Of a stretch of 40,278 bases of DNA, positions 21,580 to 33,500 are shown piece by piece (position 1 is the first letter of the stretch; every line of letters begins with the position of its first letter). This DNA comes from Perkinsus chesapeaki ATCC PRA-425 (lineage: Eukaryota > Protista > Perkinsozoa). Under the pieces are notes generated by a model. That model worked only from the letters and a program-made list of their open reading frames with translations, searched no databases and was not told where the DNA came from. The stretch spans positions 1 to 40,278 of the forward strand of contig JAAPAO010000315.1 of assembly GCA_013115145.1 (NCBI GenBank). The letters are read 5' to 3'. Both the position numbers and the translations under genes were made by a program.

Positions 21580-24500
21580 TCAGAACATCCTGCCAGCTCC
21601 AAACCTGTCTTGCCGTAACCGATAACACTGCCCACCGCTACTAGCGCCTTCCTCTTTGATGGCTGTCACAGTACCCATCTGCCCCTCATCAATGAGCATG
21701 CGTGCATCATCCTTCCATACCAACTTTTCCTCAACTCTCTGAGTGATAAGCCAACTTTTAGGCAAGCATCTCATTGCATTCACCGAGGGCTCTTGCGGTG
21801 TAGTCGAAAACACCACACCAACTGCGACGAAGTCTTCGCTTGGCGCTATCGGTCTCCATACGTTCAACGGAGCCTTGCCCCGCCGCTCCGACCAGATCAG
21901 CCGATACGCCGACGGATGAGGCACATTTCTGTCCAACCAATCCGACATTTTCGATGGTGCTCGAGTGTTGTTCAACTTAACCGAGTCCAAAATCTCCAAG
22001 GCCAACCCGTGGGATGGCTGGCTCAGACTGCCCACGGCCAGATCGCCAAGATTGAGGCGAATCCTGGTATCGGGACTTCGCTTAGTTGACCATCCCCCAC
22101 CGTCCGTCAGATGGCCATATTGCCAGACACTCAAAGGCCCGCAGCTTATACCGGAGGAGGACCAAAGTTTAGTAAGATGCTTGTGGGAAACCAAACGGAA
22201 TTTAAAACGTGACATCTCGTCATCGTAATCGGTCATTCGAGTCTCGACCGGGTCCGCCTTCAAGGTCTCACCAGTCCCCACTGTTAACAAACTTTTCGGA
22301 GCCGTCGAATCGCTCGAGGACTTCTCGCCGTCACTCGGGACAAGACTATCTGGAAACTGCGCTCCCCACGCTTGAGGAGTGACAGATCCGCTAGTGTCCA
22401 TCAGAGAGCGCACGATGCGTTGTATGTGGACCTCCGTCAAGCCTGGCACATGCAAAGCTCTCATGCCACTAATGGCTTCCTGGGCCGACAGACTGCCTCG
22501 ACTGAGCTGATCCCAGGACGCGAAAAGGTCGCTGGGTCGAACCCCACGGGCGGCAATGGCACCTCTTAAAAGCGTTATGCCTTTCTTCAATGCAAGCCGT
22601 CTGACTTCTCCCGGCGATACCAACACTCTTGCGATCGAGCTACCCTGCCAAGATGCTTCGCTTTGTGGTCGTCGTCGACATGCACGCATGCGCAACCACC
22701 ACTTCAAGCGGGATTCATACGGAATACTGTCTAACGCGGTTTGTAGGAGTACGAGTTGACGAGATGTAAAACCAGTAGAGTCGCAGTCAATGAATCGCCA
22801 AAGTTGCTCCATCGCGGTCGTCGAAAAGGTCCTGCTGGTATCGGTGGTATACGTCTGGCTGCGGTCCAACGGTCTCGAGGTCAATCCCGGGCACCTCAGG
22901 CAGAAAGTTAACCCTGCCGCGGGAGGAAAGCGATGCATTGCCACACGAATGTGCTCAGCTTCAACCAAAGATACCACCCCGTTCAAATTGGGCTGTCTCA
23001 GATACTGCTTAAGCGTCATGTCCGACTTGAGAGCCTTCGGAGAAGCATCTAGATCAATCAAGCTCACACTGCTTGGACGGGCGCACAAATCCTGCACGCG
23101 CTCCAGCAACCCTTTCGGTGTAATATGGTCACCACCGTTCAAAACACCATCAACTGTGATGCCTGTGGCGTCAACTAAGTCCTTCGGCAAACTACTGATA
23201 ACCGTGTCGACATCCTCCCGACTCAGACTGGCAACCACGTCGAGATCAAGTAGCTCCAGAGCATGTCGCACGAGCTTCATCACCGTGTCGTTGTCGACCG
23301 GCTCGGACGGAAGGCCCTCCGGTGGCTTCAGTTCAAACGTAACAATAACGTTCTTGAGCCTTCTCACAGCCTTCAACTTCCACGTGTTGCGATAGAAGTT
23401 ATTCGACACCAACATCGACATAGGAAAGTCTAATGGCGGCACTTGCGTCTGGCCCAGGATGCCATTCGACACAGTGAGCTGGTTAGCAGGGTAAAAGGCG
23501 TTCACTGTGGCCTTAGCGTCGAGGCAGACGTCTTGGAGGTCCCACGGGGTTATCGGATCTTTGTCGCGATTGTACTTCTGATCACCGGCGTATTCGGACT
23601 CTGTTTCGATCTGCAATTCCTGAAGACAACAAGAGTTCGCCTATGTTTGGCATTTTCCGGACCTGTTGGACTTCTTGCTCTTGCTCCTGCTCTTGCTCCT
23701 GTTCTTGTTCCTCTTCTTGCTCTTCAACCTGGATACATTCAGATATGAAAAGTAGCCAATAGAAAAAGCTGCGCACCTGCTCTCCCGAGAGCTGTAGGAA
23801 TGCGCTGCCATATGATTTTGGTGCGCGTGAAACTGCTGCTTCTAACTCGTGGAGCTTATTCTGAGCCTGAGATAACCATAGCTCCATTACGACCAGCATG
23901 CCATGGTGGATCTACTATGCAGGCAAATAAGTGTTACTAGGTAAGTACTTCCCCAAAGTGGTTCACTCCAAGGTACGACTACGTACTGTGCTGTCCCAAC
24001 TCAGGATAGTTGGAGATACCCGAATGGATTTGATTCAATGCAATAGTATATGTATTTTCACCAGGCCAACTCGAAGGGACCTAAATTTCGGCTATTCCTC
24101 AAGTTTCTATGAGCATGAAAGTCACACTATTTCATAGCTGCTTCATTCACGTTGAGTATCCTATCTTTCCGATACACGATGTGTTAGGATGTTGCGAATG
24201 CTAATCCGAAAATCACAGATCGCGCGGTTCCTAGTAGCAATGGCGGACCAGCGCTGCTGTTAACTCTGCCAAAATGGCACAATCCTTATTAGACCAATGC
24301 TGGATAAAGTACACCGCTCCCTCTCACCGAGTTTTGTGCCTTGTTATCGAGCCACCCATCAGCGACATAGCTTTGACACCTCTTTGCCTCCTTCTGATAG
24401 AGGCCCACTTGAAGGTTGTCGGCCTCGGGATCGGTGCTGATAGTATGGTCTACCGGCTCACGCAGGACCGAGAGGCATCTGAAATAGATTACTCCGTCAC

Positions 24501-27500
24501 AGTATCTTTTGGTCGCCCATGCACGTTGGCAAAAAAAATAAAATTTCACGGATCTCATTATGGCATATTTTTGTACTCTTTGCGCTGAATATTTATTACG
24601 CTAACTACCTAGGAAGCTTCAATCACAACCGACCAAGGTGAGCAGATGTGACACACGCACAGACTTACAAACGTTAATCGCGTATCGTAAGTACTACAAA
24701 CATTCAGTCATTTACCTCTTAGCCTGATCAGGAAAGCTCTCCATCTTATTCCAGGCGACAGACCGCCAGACAGTCTCCAAATTCTGCTCACAAAGCAGCA
24801 TGTACTGAGAACCTTCTCCCGCGATCGTATTCTGAGACGCCCTAAAGACAAAGCATGCACACACTTGACGGAACCGCTAATGGGCCACCATTTAAGAACT
24901 CGGAGAAGTAGTTCTTGCTGGGAGAGACACGCCGCTGAAGAACCTTCAGCTACTATCTGATGACCAACCTGAGAAAGGGAATAAGAACGGGAAAAGAGGT
25001 AAGGAAGAGTGAATGATAGAAGACTGAGAAATAAAAAAATACTTTACAGTGTAAAGTTCAAGGTATTTAGTTCGTAAAGTTTACACACAATATAGTAATA
25101 TTTATATATGATAGTACGCTGTGATAATTCCCTTAAAATATAATTGATGCATTTATCATTAAGCTACCCATAAGATGTCTTTTTCGGGCAAAATGGGGTA
25201 TATACTGTACCACTTACAGGCTCTACCGTTCTTTCATTTTGGACTATCAAAATCGAACACACTGTGTAAACAGCAGTGTAATGATACTGCACCAGCTATA
25301 TAACACTACTAACATATATTACACAGATGTGTATAAATGCTACTATATCAGATGAATAGAATCTCACCTGCTTAGTCGTGATCAACGTGAGCTTCTGCCG
25401 TAGTGTGCCGCCAAGTCCTCTTAAACGGAATGCAGATTGGGCGAAGTCTCTGAACACACGGTAGAATGATACGGAGTAATGTCACTACAGCTTACCTGAA
25501 GGTGGTATCTTTCCCCAGAGTAAGCATGCCAATACATCCAGCCGGTTGAGGTATGTCCATGCCAGTAGTATGTATGTGATCGTAAAAGGTAAATCGACGG
25601 CTTGGTGCCAGGCCCGAGTGGGCCAGTGGGATAACTAAGCCGTTGTTGCCTCTTTCAAGTATCTACCATACAGTCTGTATTATACGAAGTCTATTGCTAT
25701 AGTACTGTATGATACTATACAGAGACTTTGATAATACTATTATACAAAGTATTATCAAAGTCTGCATTTCCATAAGTATAATCTGTATGATACAAAATAT
25801 ACATATGGCAATCTGGAGCTCAGACTCTCAACGAGCTAAGATTCCCTGTCCTGCTAGAAAATCTCACCGACTTTCCATCACTCACACTACTCACGTGGAA
25901 CGGAGGGAAAGTTCACAAAAGAAGCTCTCCTTTAGATTTCGAAGAGCTCCGCGAACAACCAACTACGGGACCTACCAAACGTTCATCTGTGTCATCATCA
26001 AGGAACACCACAGCATCAAACACATCCACTGGAAGAAGCTGAAGCAGCACTCGAGCGACCTTGTCGTTACTGACACCTGTTATTAGGGCACCGCAGTCGA
26101 TAAGAGCATAAACTCCCTCCGTCGCGGAGGCCTAATCAACGACAGCTACACATTGGCAATGACTCATACACTCACAACTTTGAGAAGATCGTAAGCCGTC
26201 CACCTGGCCGGTAGAGTTTGAAGCACTCCGTCCCCGATAACGATACTAGTGTCTGTAAGAGTAGCGGCAATGTGACCGTCACAGCCTCGGTCGAATCTGA
26301 GAAAGGCGAGCTTAGCACTTATAGAGGAACGAGTGATGCTTACTGGCAGTGCCCCATGCTGTCTGGCAGAAGGTCATTCGGTGTTCCAGAGAAGCCAAGA
26401 CGATAACGGAACAGAAGGGAAGAGCCAAGCTCTTGACCACTGGCCACGAGAACGCCTGAGAAACCATAGATCATCCTAAAGAGACCACCATTACATTTCT
26501 GATGTATTGCACTATAAAGCAAACCGCTCCCGCCGAAATGCGATAAAGTTCGCAGAAGCGAAGAAAAAGAGAGCGGTTCGCCTCGTGAAAATGCCCCCTA
26601 CTTATATGGGCCATATAGTGTAGCGTATTTGAAAATCATTTTTGGATGAACTATACAATTTTGGATATCGTTACAATGCTGAACATTTTTACTTTTGTTA
26701 ACGATTAGAAGACTTCATATTGAGGTTGATAAGTTTTGTAAAAAAGATAAATGCAATGCACTAGTGTAAGTGTGATATGATATAGGAACGCACTTTTTTC
26801 ACAAGTGCATTATTAGCGCTTTCGATTTTAAATACAATAACTTTCCTATTTATACTATTCACGACCCAATGTGACACGTTAGGCAGATGCAGATTTTCAC
26901 GAAACATTCCTATCCTTACTGGGGGTATGTGAGAGCGCTGCAGGGAAAGCAACATTGAAAAGGTAATGAATTGTAGCCGATGGTGCAGCCTTGGACATAA
27001 GATGCCACAGTATATCTGAAACCACCAAGCAATAACAAGAGCTCTGAAGTAAAAGTGAGTCTACTCATTTGCGACTTATCGCGTGGATCCACAAGCTCCA
27101 GCGGCCAAAGTGAGTTTCGGATTGCCTCCATATCGTCATCATCGTCACTATCACTGGCTTCAGTAGAGCCACAATTGAACTCGTGCCACGCTGTACCTGA
27201 ATGAGGCCGCAGTACAAAAGGAACCGACTAAGCTCGGAACATCAATACAGCCGTCAGTCAGTAGATTCAATGCACAGACTTACCGGCAGAAGTCTTCTCT
27301 GCGTCCTTGCCGATGTCCACAAGAGGGCAGCCGTCCCAAGTGAAGCCTCGAACGCGTGCACCAGCCTCCTTCGCCCATTTAACCCATCTCAGACAGTCCA
27401 CTCGGCGATGGTGAGGCTTGCCAATCTCAGCCTCCATACCAGCTCGAGTGTATATGACAAGCTCCTTGAAGTCGGTGAATCGCAGACCGCTTCTTCGATA

Positions 27501-30500
27501 AGATAGAAGAGTGAAACCGATAAGGACGTCGGGATGAGAAAACTCCGATGTAGCACTTGGACGGTCCTTCCCAACGTACGGCACCGCCAACAACTTGCGA
27601 GACTTGGACGTAGTTGACGTGACCATCTCCGGTGGGAGCAAGCCATAGTCAACCAAATGCCGCTTCCCCATAATAAACGGAAGGATCATTTGTAGCCATT
27701 GGCGAGCGAGGAGCAGCAGCTTCACGTCTTTGTCACCCAAAGCTCGACAGATACTGATTTCGTCGTCATCATACCCCATCATGAACGCACTCAGTGCGCT
27801 GTCTGTTATCTGTAATGCTACTGACTGCGACCGCAACCAGATGAGTGTCCATTGACATAACCACGGTAAGAGTTGCTGGTCATACGCATGCCGGTCGTGC
27901 AGCAGCAAATGCGGTCTGTCCGACAGCCACTCGCCCTCGATGCCGCGAGCTATGGCCTCCTTGATCCTCCGAGCGATATCGGCAGCATCTTTTAAGTCAG
28001 AGAACTCCAAACAGCTCACGTCTTCGAGCAACGGGCTTATAATATGCCACGCCAGCTTCCATCTGAGCCCAGCAGACTCTTCATCACTTGTAGGTTCAGT
28101 CATATCCAACGGTCGCTTCTCCCCCAACGGCCACCGTAGTTCAGACTTCAACGGGTGCAAGAGAATGTCAACCTCGTCCATTAACTCGACGCCGCTTTGG
28201 AGAACGCCAAGGACTTGGAGACAACGGTTTATATGTTCCTCTACTTCCCGACGATCGTTGCTGTTGAGCGGCTCGGCACTGCGGTCGTCGGAATGCTTGC
28301 CGATGAATTTCCTGAGCAACTTCTTGCCCTTTCGGCCAGCGCTCATATTGGCTTTCAAAATATCATCATCGACCAGCTTCTGCCGAAGTTCGGCCCATTT
28401 CAGGAGGAAGCTCTTCAGCGTCTGTGGCGTGGTCACTATCACAGCCTGTCTGTGCTGAGCCGTAAGAATCTTACGCAACAACGCCTCGGTGCAGTCATCC
28501 GAACGACCGAATTCCAGAGTGATAACTGACGCAGCTATCACTGGAGAAGAATAACGCCCTCGAAGAACACCTCTGGTGAACTCGAGAAGTGACGCTGGAA
28601 CGCAGCACACCACCAACCGCTGCTTGCTACGAAGTATGAGACCAAGGATTGGCAGTAATACAGTAGTTTTGCCAGCACCCATTATCATTTGATGAACCAG
28701 CGGCGTACCCGACGACACGGCACCAACGAACTTGTTCAATAGCGACACCTGTCCTTCGCGCAATAATACGCCAAAGAGGAACTCGCAGGCTAGAAGCCGC
28801 GGATCATATGAGAACCTCCCGTTATGCACAGGACCACAGTAATATCGCTTGGCACAAAGCTCCGAGAGAGTCTTCTCGAAAGATTTGTCCCCATCCGCAG
28901 ACAGCGCCTCGGCCTTCGCAGTAGACAGAACTCTCCTCACATGGTCGATACGGCTACCGATGAACATAGTTAGTGCAACTATGTTGAATATGGCGTCCGT
29001 ATTCAACGCAGTGTTGCTCCTTTTTAAGCGGCCAAGTATGTCTGATCCACTGCTGCTGATAAAGAGCCTGGTGAGGGCGGAAAACTTCAGAGTGGCTTCT
29101 TGTCCAGACACCATCTGAACTCTGCCGTGGCCGTCAACCGTCCCGTTCGCCAGGCTCGTAGCTATCCCAATTAAGGTCTCCATCAGTTGCATGTCTCTCG
29201 ACAGCAATTTCTCGGCCTTCTCAACGATGCTTTTGATGTCCTGTGTGATGAAGTAGGTCTCCTTGGTATCCTCAATCTCTTTGAAGCTTTGAAGATCGGT
29301 CTTCATCCGAGCCACCCATTGCCGCGATAATGGGCTACTGCAGTTGCCAGCGATACTGTCCAGTAAATTATCGACCTTACCAAGATGCTTAGTTGCCGGG
29401 TCTGCTGCGAGCCCGCTGCCGGTACGTATGAGGCAGACTTCGCGAACGATACTTTCTAGAGGCCTGCTCGCAAAGTCAGAGGCATTCTCCTCCCACTGGT
29501 GCACTGCCTTCAAATCAAGCTCACGCAAGCGGCTGTCGAAACTCTCCACAAAGGGAGCGCACGTCCAGGCCTCCGGACAGGGAACTGAGACCTTCGCTTT
29601 CCACGGGAAAGCAAATGGTGGGGGAGTTGGGAGATTTCTGACCGCACTTCCAACCTCTCGCAGCCATCTGGACTTTTGCTGACCAAGAATGTCGAACTTG
29701 TTCAGCTTGGGTAAGGGCGGCAGCACTTTGCTAACGTCTGTTGGGTTGGCATCAGAGATGGTTCTCAGTATGAGGGGCAGTCCATCTGACCCATGTACGC
29801 AAGCTCGCGATAGGCAGGCTGCAACCGCGTGTGGAGAGTCTTCGCTCCATGACTTCAGGGATACAGCTCCAGTAAATATTTCATACACAAACAGGAAGTG
29901 TGAAGTTGCATTTTCTACCAAGTACTCTACAGCATCAACACCTGTGATCTCTGATGAGCCATTGCTCGACTTGGAATAACCACCAAGCTTGGTCCAAGAG
30001 GACAGGGTACTCGAGACTAGTCCCTCGACATCGCCCTTACCGCTGCACCATGCATCTCCACTGCTGAAGGCAAGCTTGACATCGACGAACCCGTCGCCCT
30101 GGAGAGTACCGGTCAATAGCTCCCGGCGGTTTTCTACGACTGCAGAGTCGCCTTTGGCAAGTTTCAGAACAGCGAGCTCATCTTCTAGCGATACTATCGT
30201 GCCGGCAGATACATACCGCAACTTATACACGTAGTCGTGTGCGAGCTGAGTTATGTCCCACGGGAATAAGGCCTCGTAATTGTCAACGAAGGGGAGGATG
30301 GCGGCAGTTACCCTCATTTTCAACGCCAAGGCGTCGACGTGAACGTCATAAAGGAAATCTGGTCGCCCGAAAACTGCCAGCTGACTGGCCTTGGCTTCGT
30401 CTGTGAACACTGTCATGAGCGTATCAGCTGCATCAGCATGGAGTCCTGCTAGCCACTTCATGCTCAGCAGATGGACAGCAGCGGTCTGATCTGGAGGGAT

Positions 30501-33500
30501 AACAAACTCTCCAGAGACATGCTCAGGATACAAGAAGTGGCCGCAGGCCGGGCAATCGCTGTGTTCGAACAGGACAACTTCGCCACCAACATCAGTCCTA
30601 CCAGCTACTAAGCCAGAGGGACAAAGTATTGCCCTTGCCCCATAGTCACCGCAAAGAAGCGCTGTGCCGCCTATGAATCCCTTCAATAGGGCGACAGTGC
30701 TTCGCGAACTCTCATCAACGCATCGGGCCAGCCAGTAGGATTCATGTTGGTCAGATACTAACTTCCCATCAACTTCTCTGAAGCTGAGCTGAAGCCTCGG
30801 GAACTCAACCACCTCGAGCATGCTATCTCTGCCCCACGCTAAGACATGGGACATGGCTTCAAGCCGATTGCACAGTCCGGCCAGCGCAGTGAGATCCGAG
30901 TTGTCGCAAGCGAGAGATAGATTCAGTAGCTCGAGTGGCGGTTTGGCAGACCCAACGACTTGTCTCGTCACTCGAGCTCGACTTCTATGCTTATCGCCCG
31001 GCTCATCGACGCAGACATGTAATACCGTTGGTGGCCTGTTAGGATCGGGCTGACGTAGCTCGCCAGTAAGTTGGCCACGGCCGGCGCAAGTTTGCTGCTG
31101 CCAGAATCGATACTTCTCTATAAGGTCTTCAGGCAACAATCCCTTGAGCAACCGCCCTGGAATATACAGCTCTGTGCCACGCTCCTCGGAAATGTTGCGC
31201 GTTATCAGCAAGGTTTCTCGAGGACATATGTCTTCCATCTCTCTTGGTCCAGCACACGCAGAGAGCGTTCCATCAAGAACAAGGGCCTTATCGTCCAGAA
31301 CCGCGGACTCGGCGTCTCCCTCTATGTGTGCGCCGAGTGTTGCCGATTTGTCACTGCACCAGACAAGCTTCCTGTACGGCCTTCTGCCGTTCTCGATCAC
31401 ATCGAAGACTTCAACCAGAGGCCTCGGTTTTTGAACAGCTACCACATCCCGGACAGTGCCACCCTGGCTAGTCCCAGACAACAGGCACCAACCCCCTGCA
31501 GGAGATTCATTATGCAAATACAATGTATTCGGGATGAAGCTGGCCCACGACGGCAAGTCTGAAAGGAGCTGCTGCGACCAGTGATGAGACGGCAGTTTGC
31601 TGCCCCCAAGCATTGAAGGAGACCATTTGGGATCAACTGACCACTTCTGGATGTCGTGTCGGGACCCAACTATACGATACCACTCCCTGTGCGTAGACTG
31701 TTGGACCTCAGCCACTTGCATACTATCCGGAGTAGCCTCCTTACCAAAGACGTCGACGAAGTCATCAAACTGGAGAGCCCACTCGGGTAGCGTTCTCGGT
31801 TGATGCTGCTTTAGTGTAAACTGCCCGAGGTTCACATTGACGGTCAAAGCAGGAGGCTGAGTGACCCTCAGTAGCCATTCTGAATAAGACTCTCCTTCCT
31901 GAGGCTCATCGGGAGTGATCATGGACGAGTCCGTACGGGGCACGAAAACACCGGACACGTTGTCTGCTTCCTTCCAACGCCGATGCGGGACTGTACTGGA
32001 GATGGTCTTGGTAACGATGTTATCCCCTTTGGAGACCATCTCAACAACTTCCTCAAGAACAGCACTGGCCCACTCAGGATCAGCCTTGAGCTGTAGATAT
32101 ATTGGCCTTCTGAACAACGTGAAGATATTCATAATCTCCACATTATAAATACCACCGAGAACCCCGGACGGTGTTTCTGGTTTACTCCACCTGTGATGAA
32201 TAGAGAGGTAGACTTGCGCCTTCAGTACAGCCGCCGCCACTTCTTCAGCTTCGGCCTTGTCCATATCGTGGCTCGCACGAGCAGCTGCCAACAGTGCCAG
32301 GTGAGCATGCGCACTATTCGCTTCTTCATACTCGTGCCTTCGCATACATGAGTCGCACCAACGCGACACAATTTTCCATATTTGCCCAGTTAACCGACGC
32401 TTCAGCATATCCAAGCAATCGCCAATCTCCTTCTCATCGACCTTGTCGCTGTATTGCTCCATCACCAGCTTCACATAAAAGCAAACCCTCGCCACCAGCC
32501 TGGCAGCATACAGAATGCACCGCTGACTCGGAGATGTATCACGGCCAGTGTCGCGTTCGGCGGCAGCGTCTACAAGCTCACCAACTGCTTCGGCGATTTG
32601 CCGCGGACAATGGAGCAGCTCGTTCATGAGCAGTCCTTCATGGGTGTAGGTGTTCTCCACTGGGCCTGGCACCATGAACCGCTTCTCAGTGATCCCCACG
32701 TCATCAGATGCCCATCGGCCGGGCTCGTAAAGGGCGGCATCCAGTACCATCTGAAGCTGTGGATTGGCAAGGGCGGCGCATCGGTTTCGGTCAGAGAAAA
32801 AAGCAAGTAGGAGGGGTATGCGAACATAGGGAGCTGTTAAAATTGAAAGCACTCGTTCGACTTGTGATGCCGAGAGTGCTCCACCAAAATCAGGAAGGTG
32901 CTTCAAATACAGCACATCGTCCTCCGATTGAATCACCTCATAACCATCGCACAGAGTCGAGGGATCGGCCATGCTCGGGACTGACCGACATTTGCCTTTT
33001 TTCTTCCATTGCAGAAGCAGTTGCTTCATTTTCCCGAGCCCTTTCCCGGTGCCTTCGACTATATTGTAGCCTGTGCATTGGTCAAGGTTTTTCAAACCGA
33101 ATCCCCCCACTGCTATTTTTCCTTTGTCGCAGCTCCACAACAGATGTGCGTCGCTGCTCCTATAACCAGTAGGAGATGGTTTCGGTAGCTTCTCCGAGTT
33201 CGGGTTCAGGACGATCTTCGACAAAAACACCACATCACGCAACCAGGCCAGCTCCGGGCAGTGGTCCACTATGTCAGTCATCTGCCCCGTCAACAACTGT
33301 GGCGCGAATTCTCGCGAAGTCGAGCCAAGACCCAGTTGAAGTCCAAGTTGTTCGACAAGCTGCGTCTCAGCCTGCCCGATAGTCACGCCCGACACATCAA
33401 AACGGAACAGCGTCTGCTGGACTCTCTTGTCCGCGTCGACGCTCTCTCTCAAGGCTCGGAAATAGTCCAGCGCTGAGGCTCGTGCAGCGCACAACTGCGG

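Noticed and set aside
21502-21594. Complete Leu/Ser tRNA overlapping the giant gene's stop codon
   Set aside because: GGCAGGA pairs with AGATGTC at only 4 of 7 positions and no anticodon arm folds; only the 3' half is supported.
23665-23730. GAGCAA/GAACAG repeat as a microsatellite element
   Set aside because: It encodes the EQEQEQ run of the giant protein.
22790-33476. Many plus-strand ORFs of 60-200 aa
   Set aside because: Antisense shadows of the giant gene's long exons.
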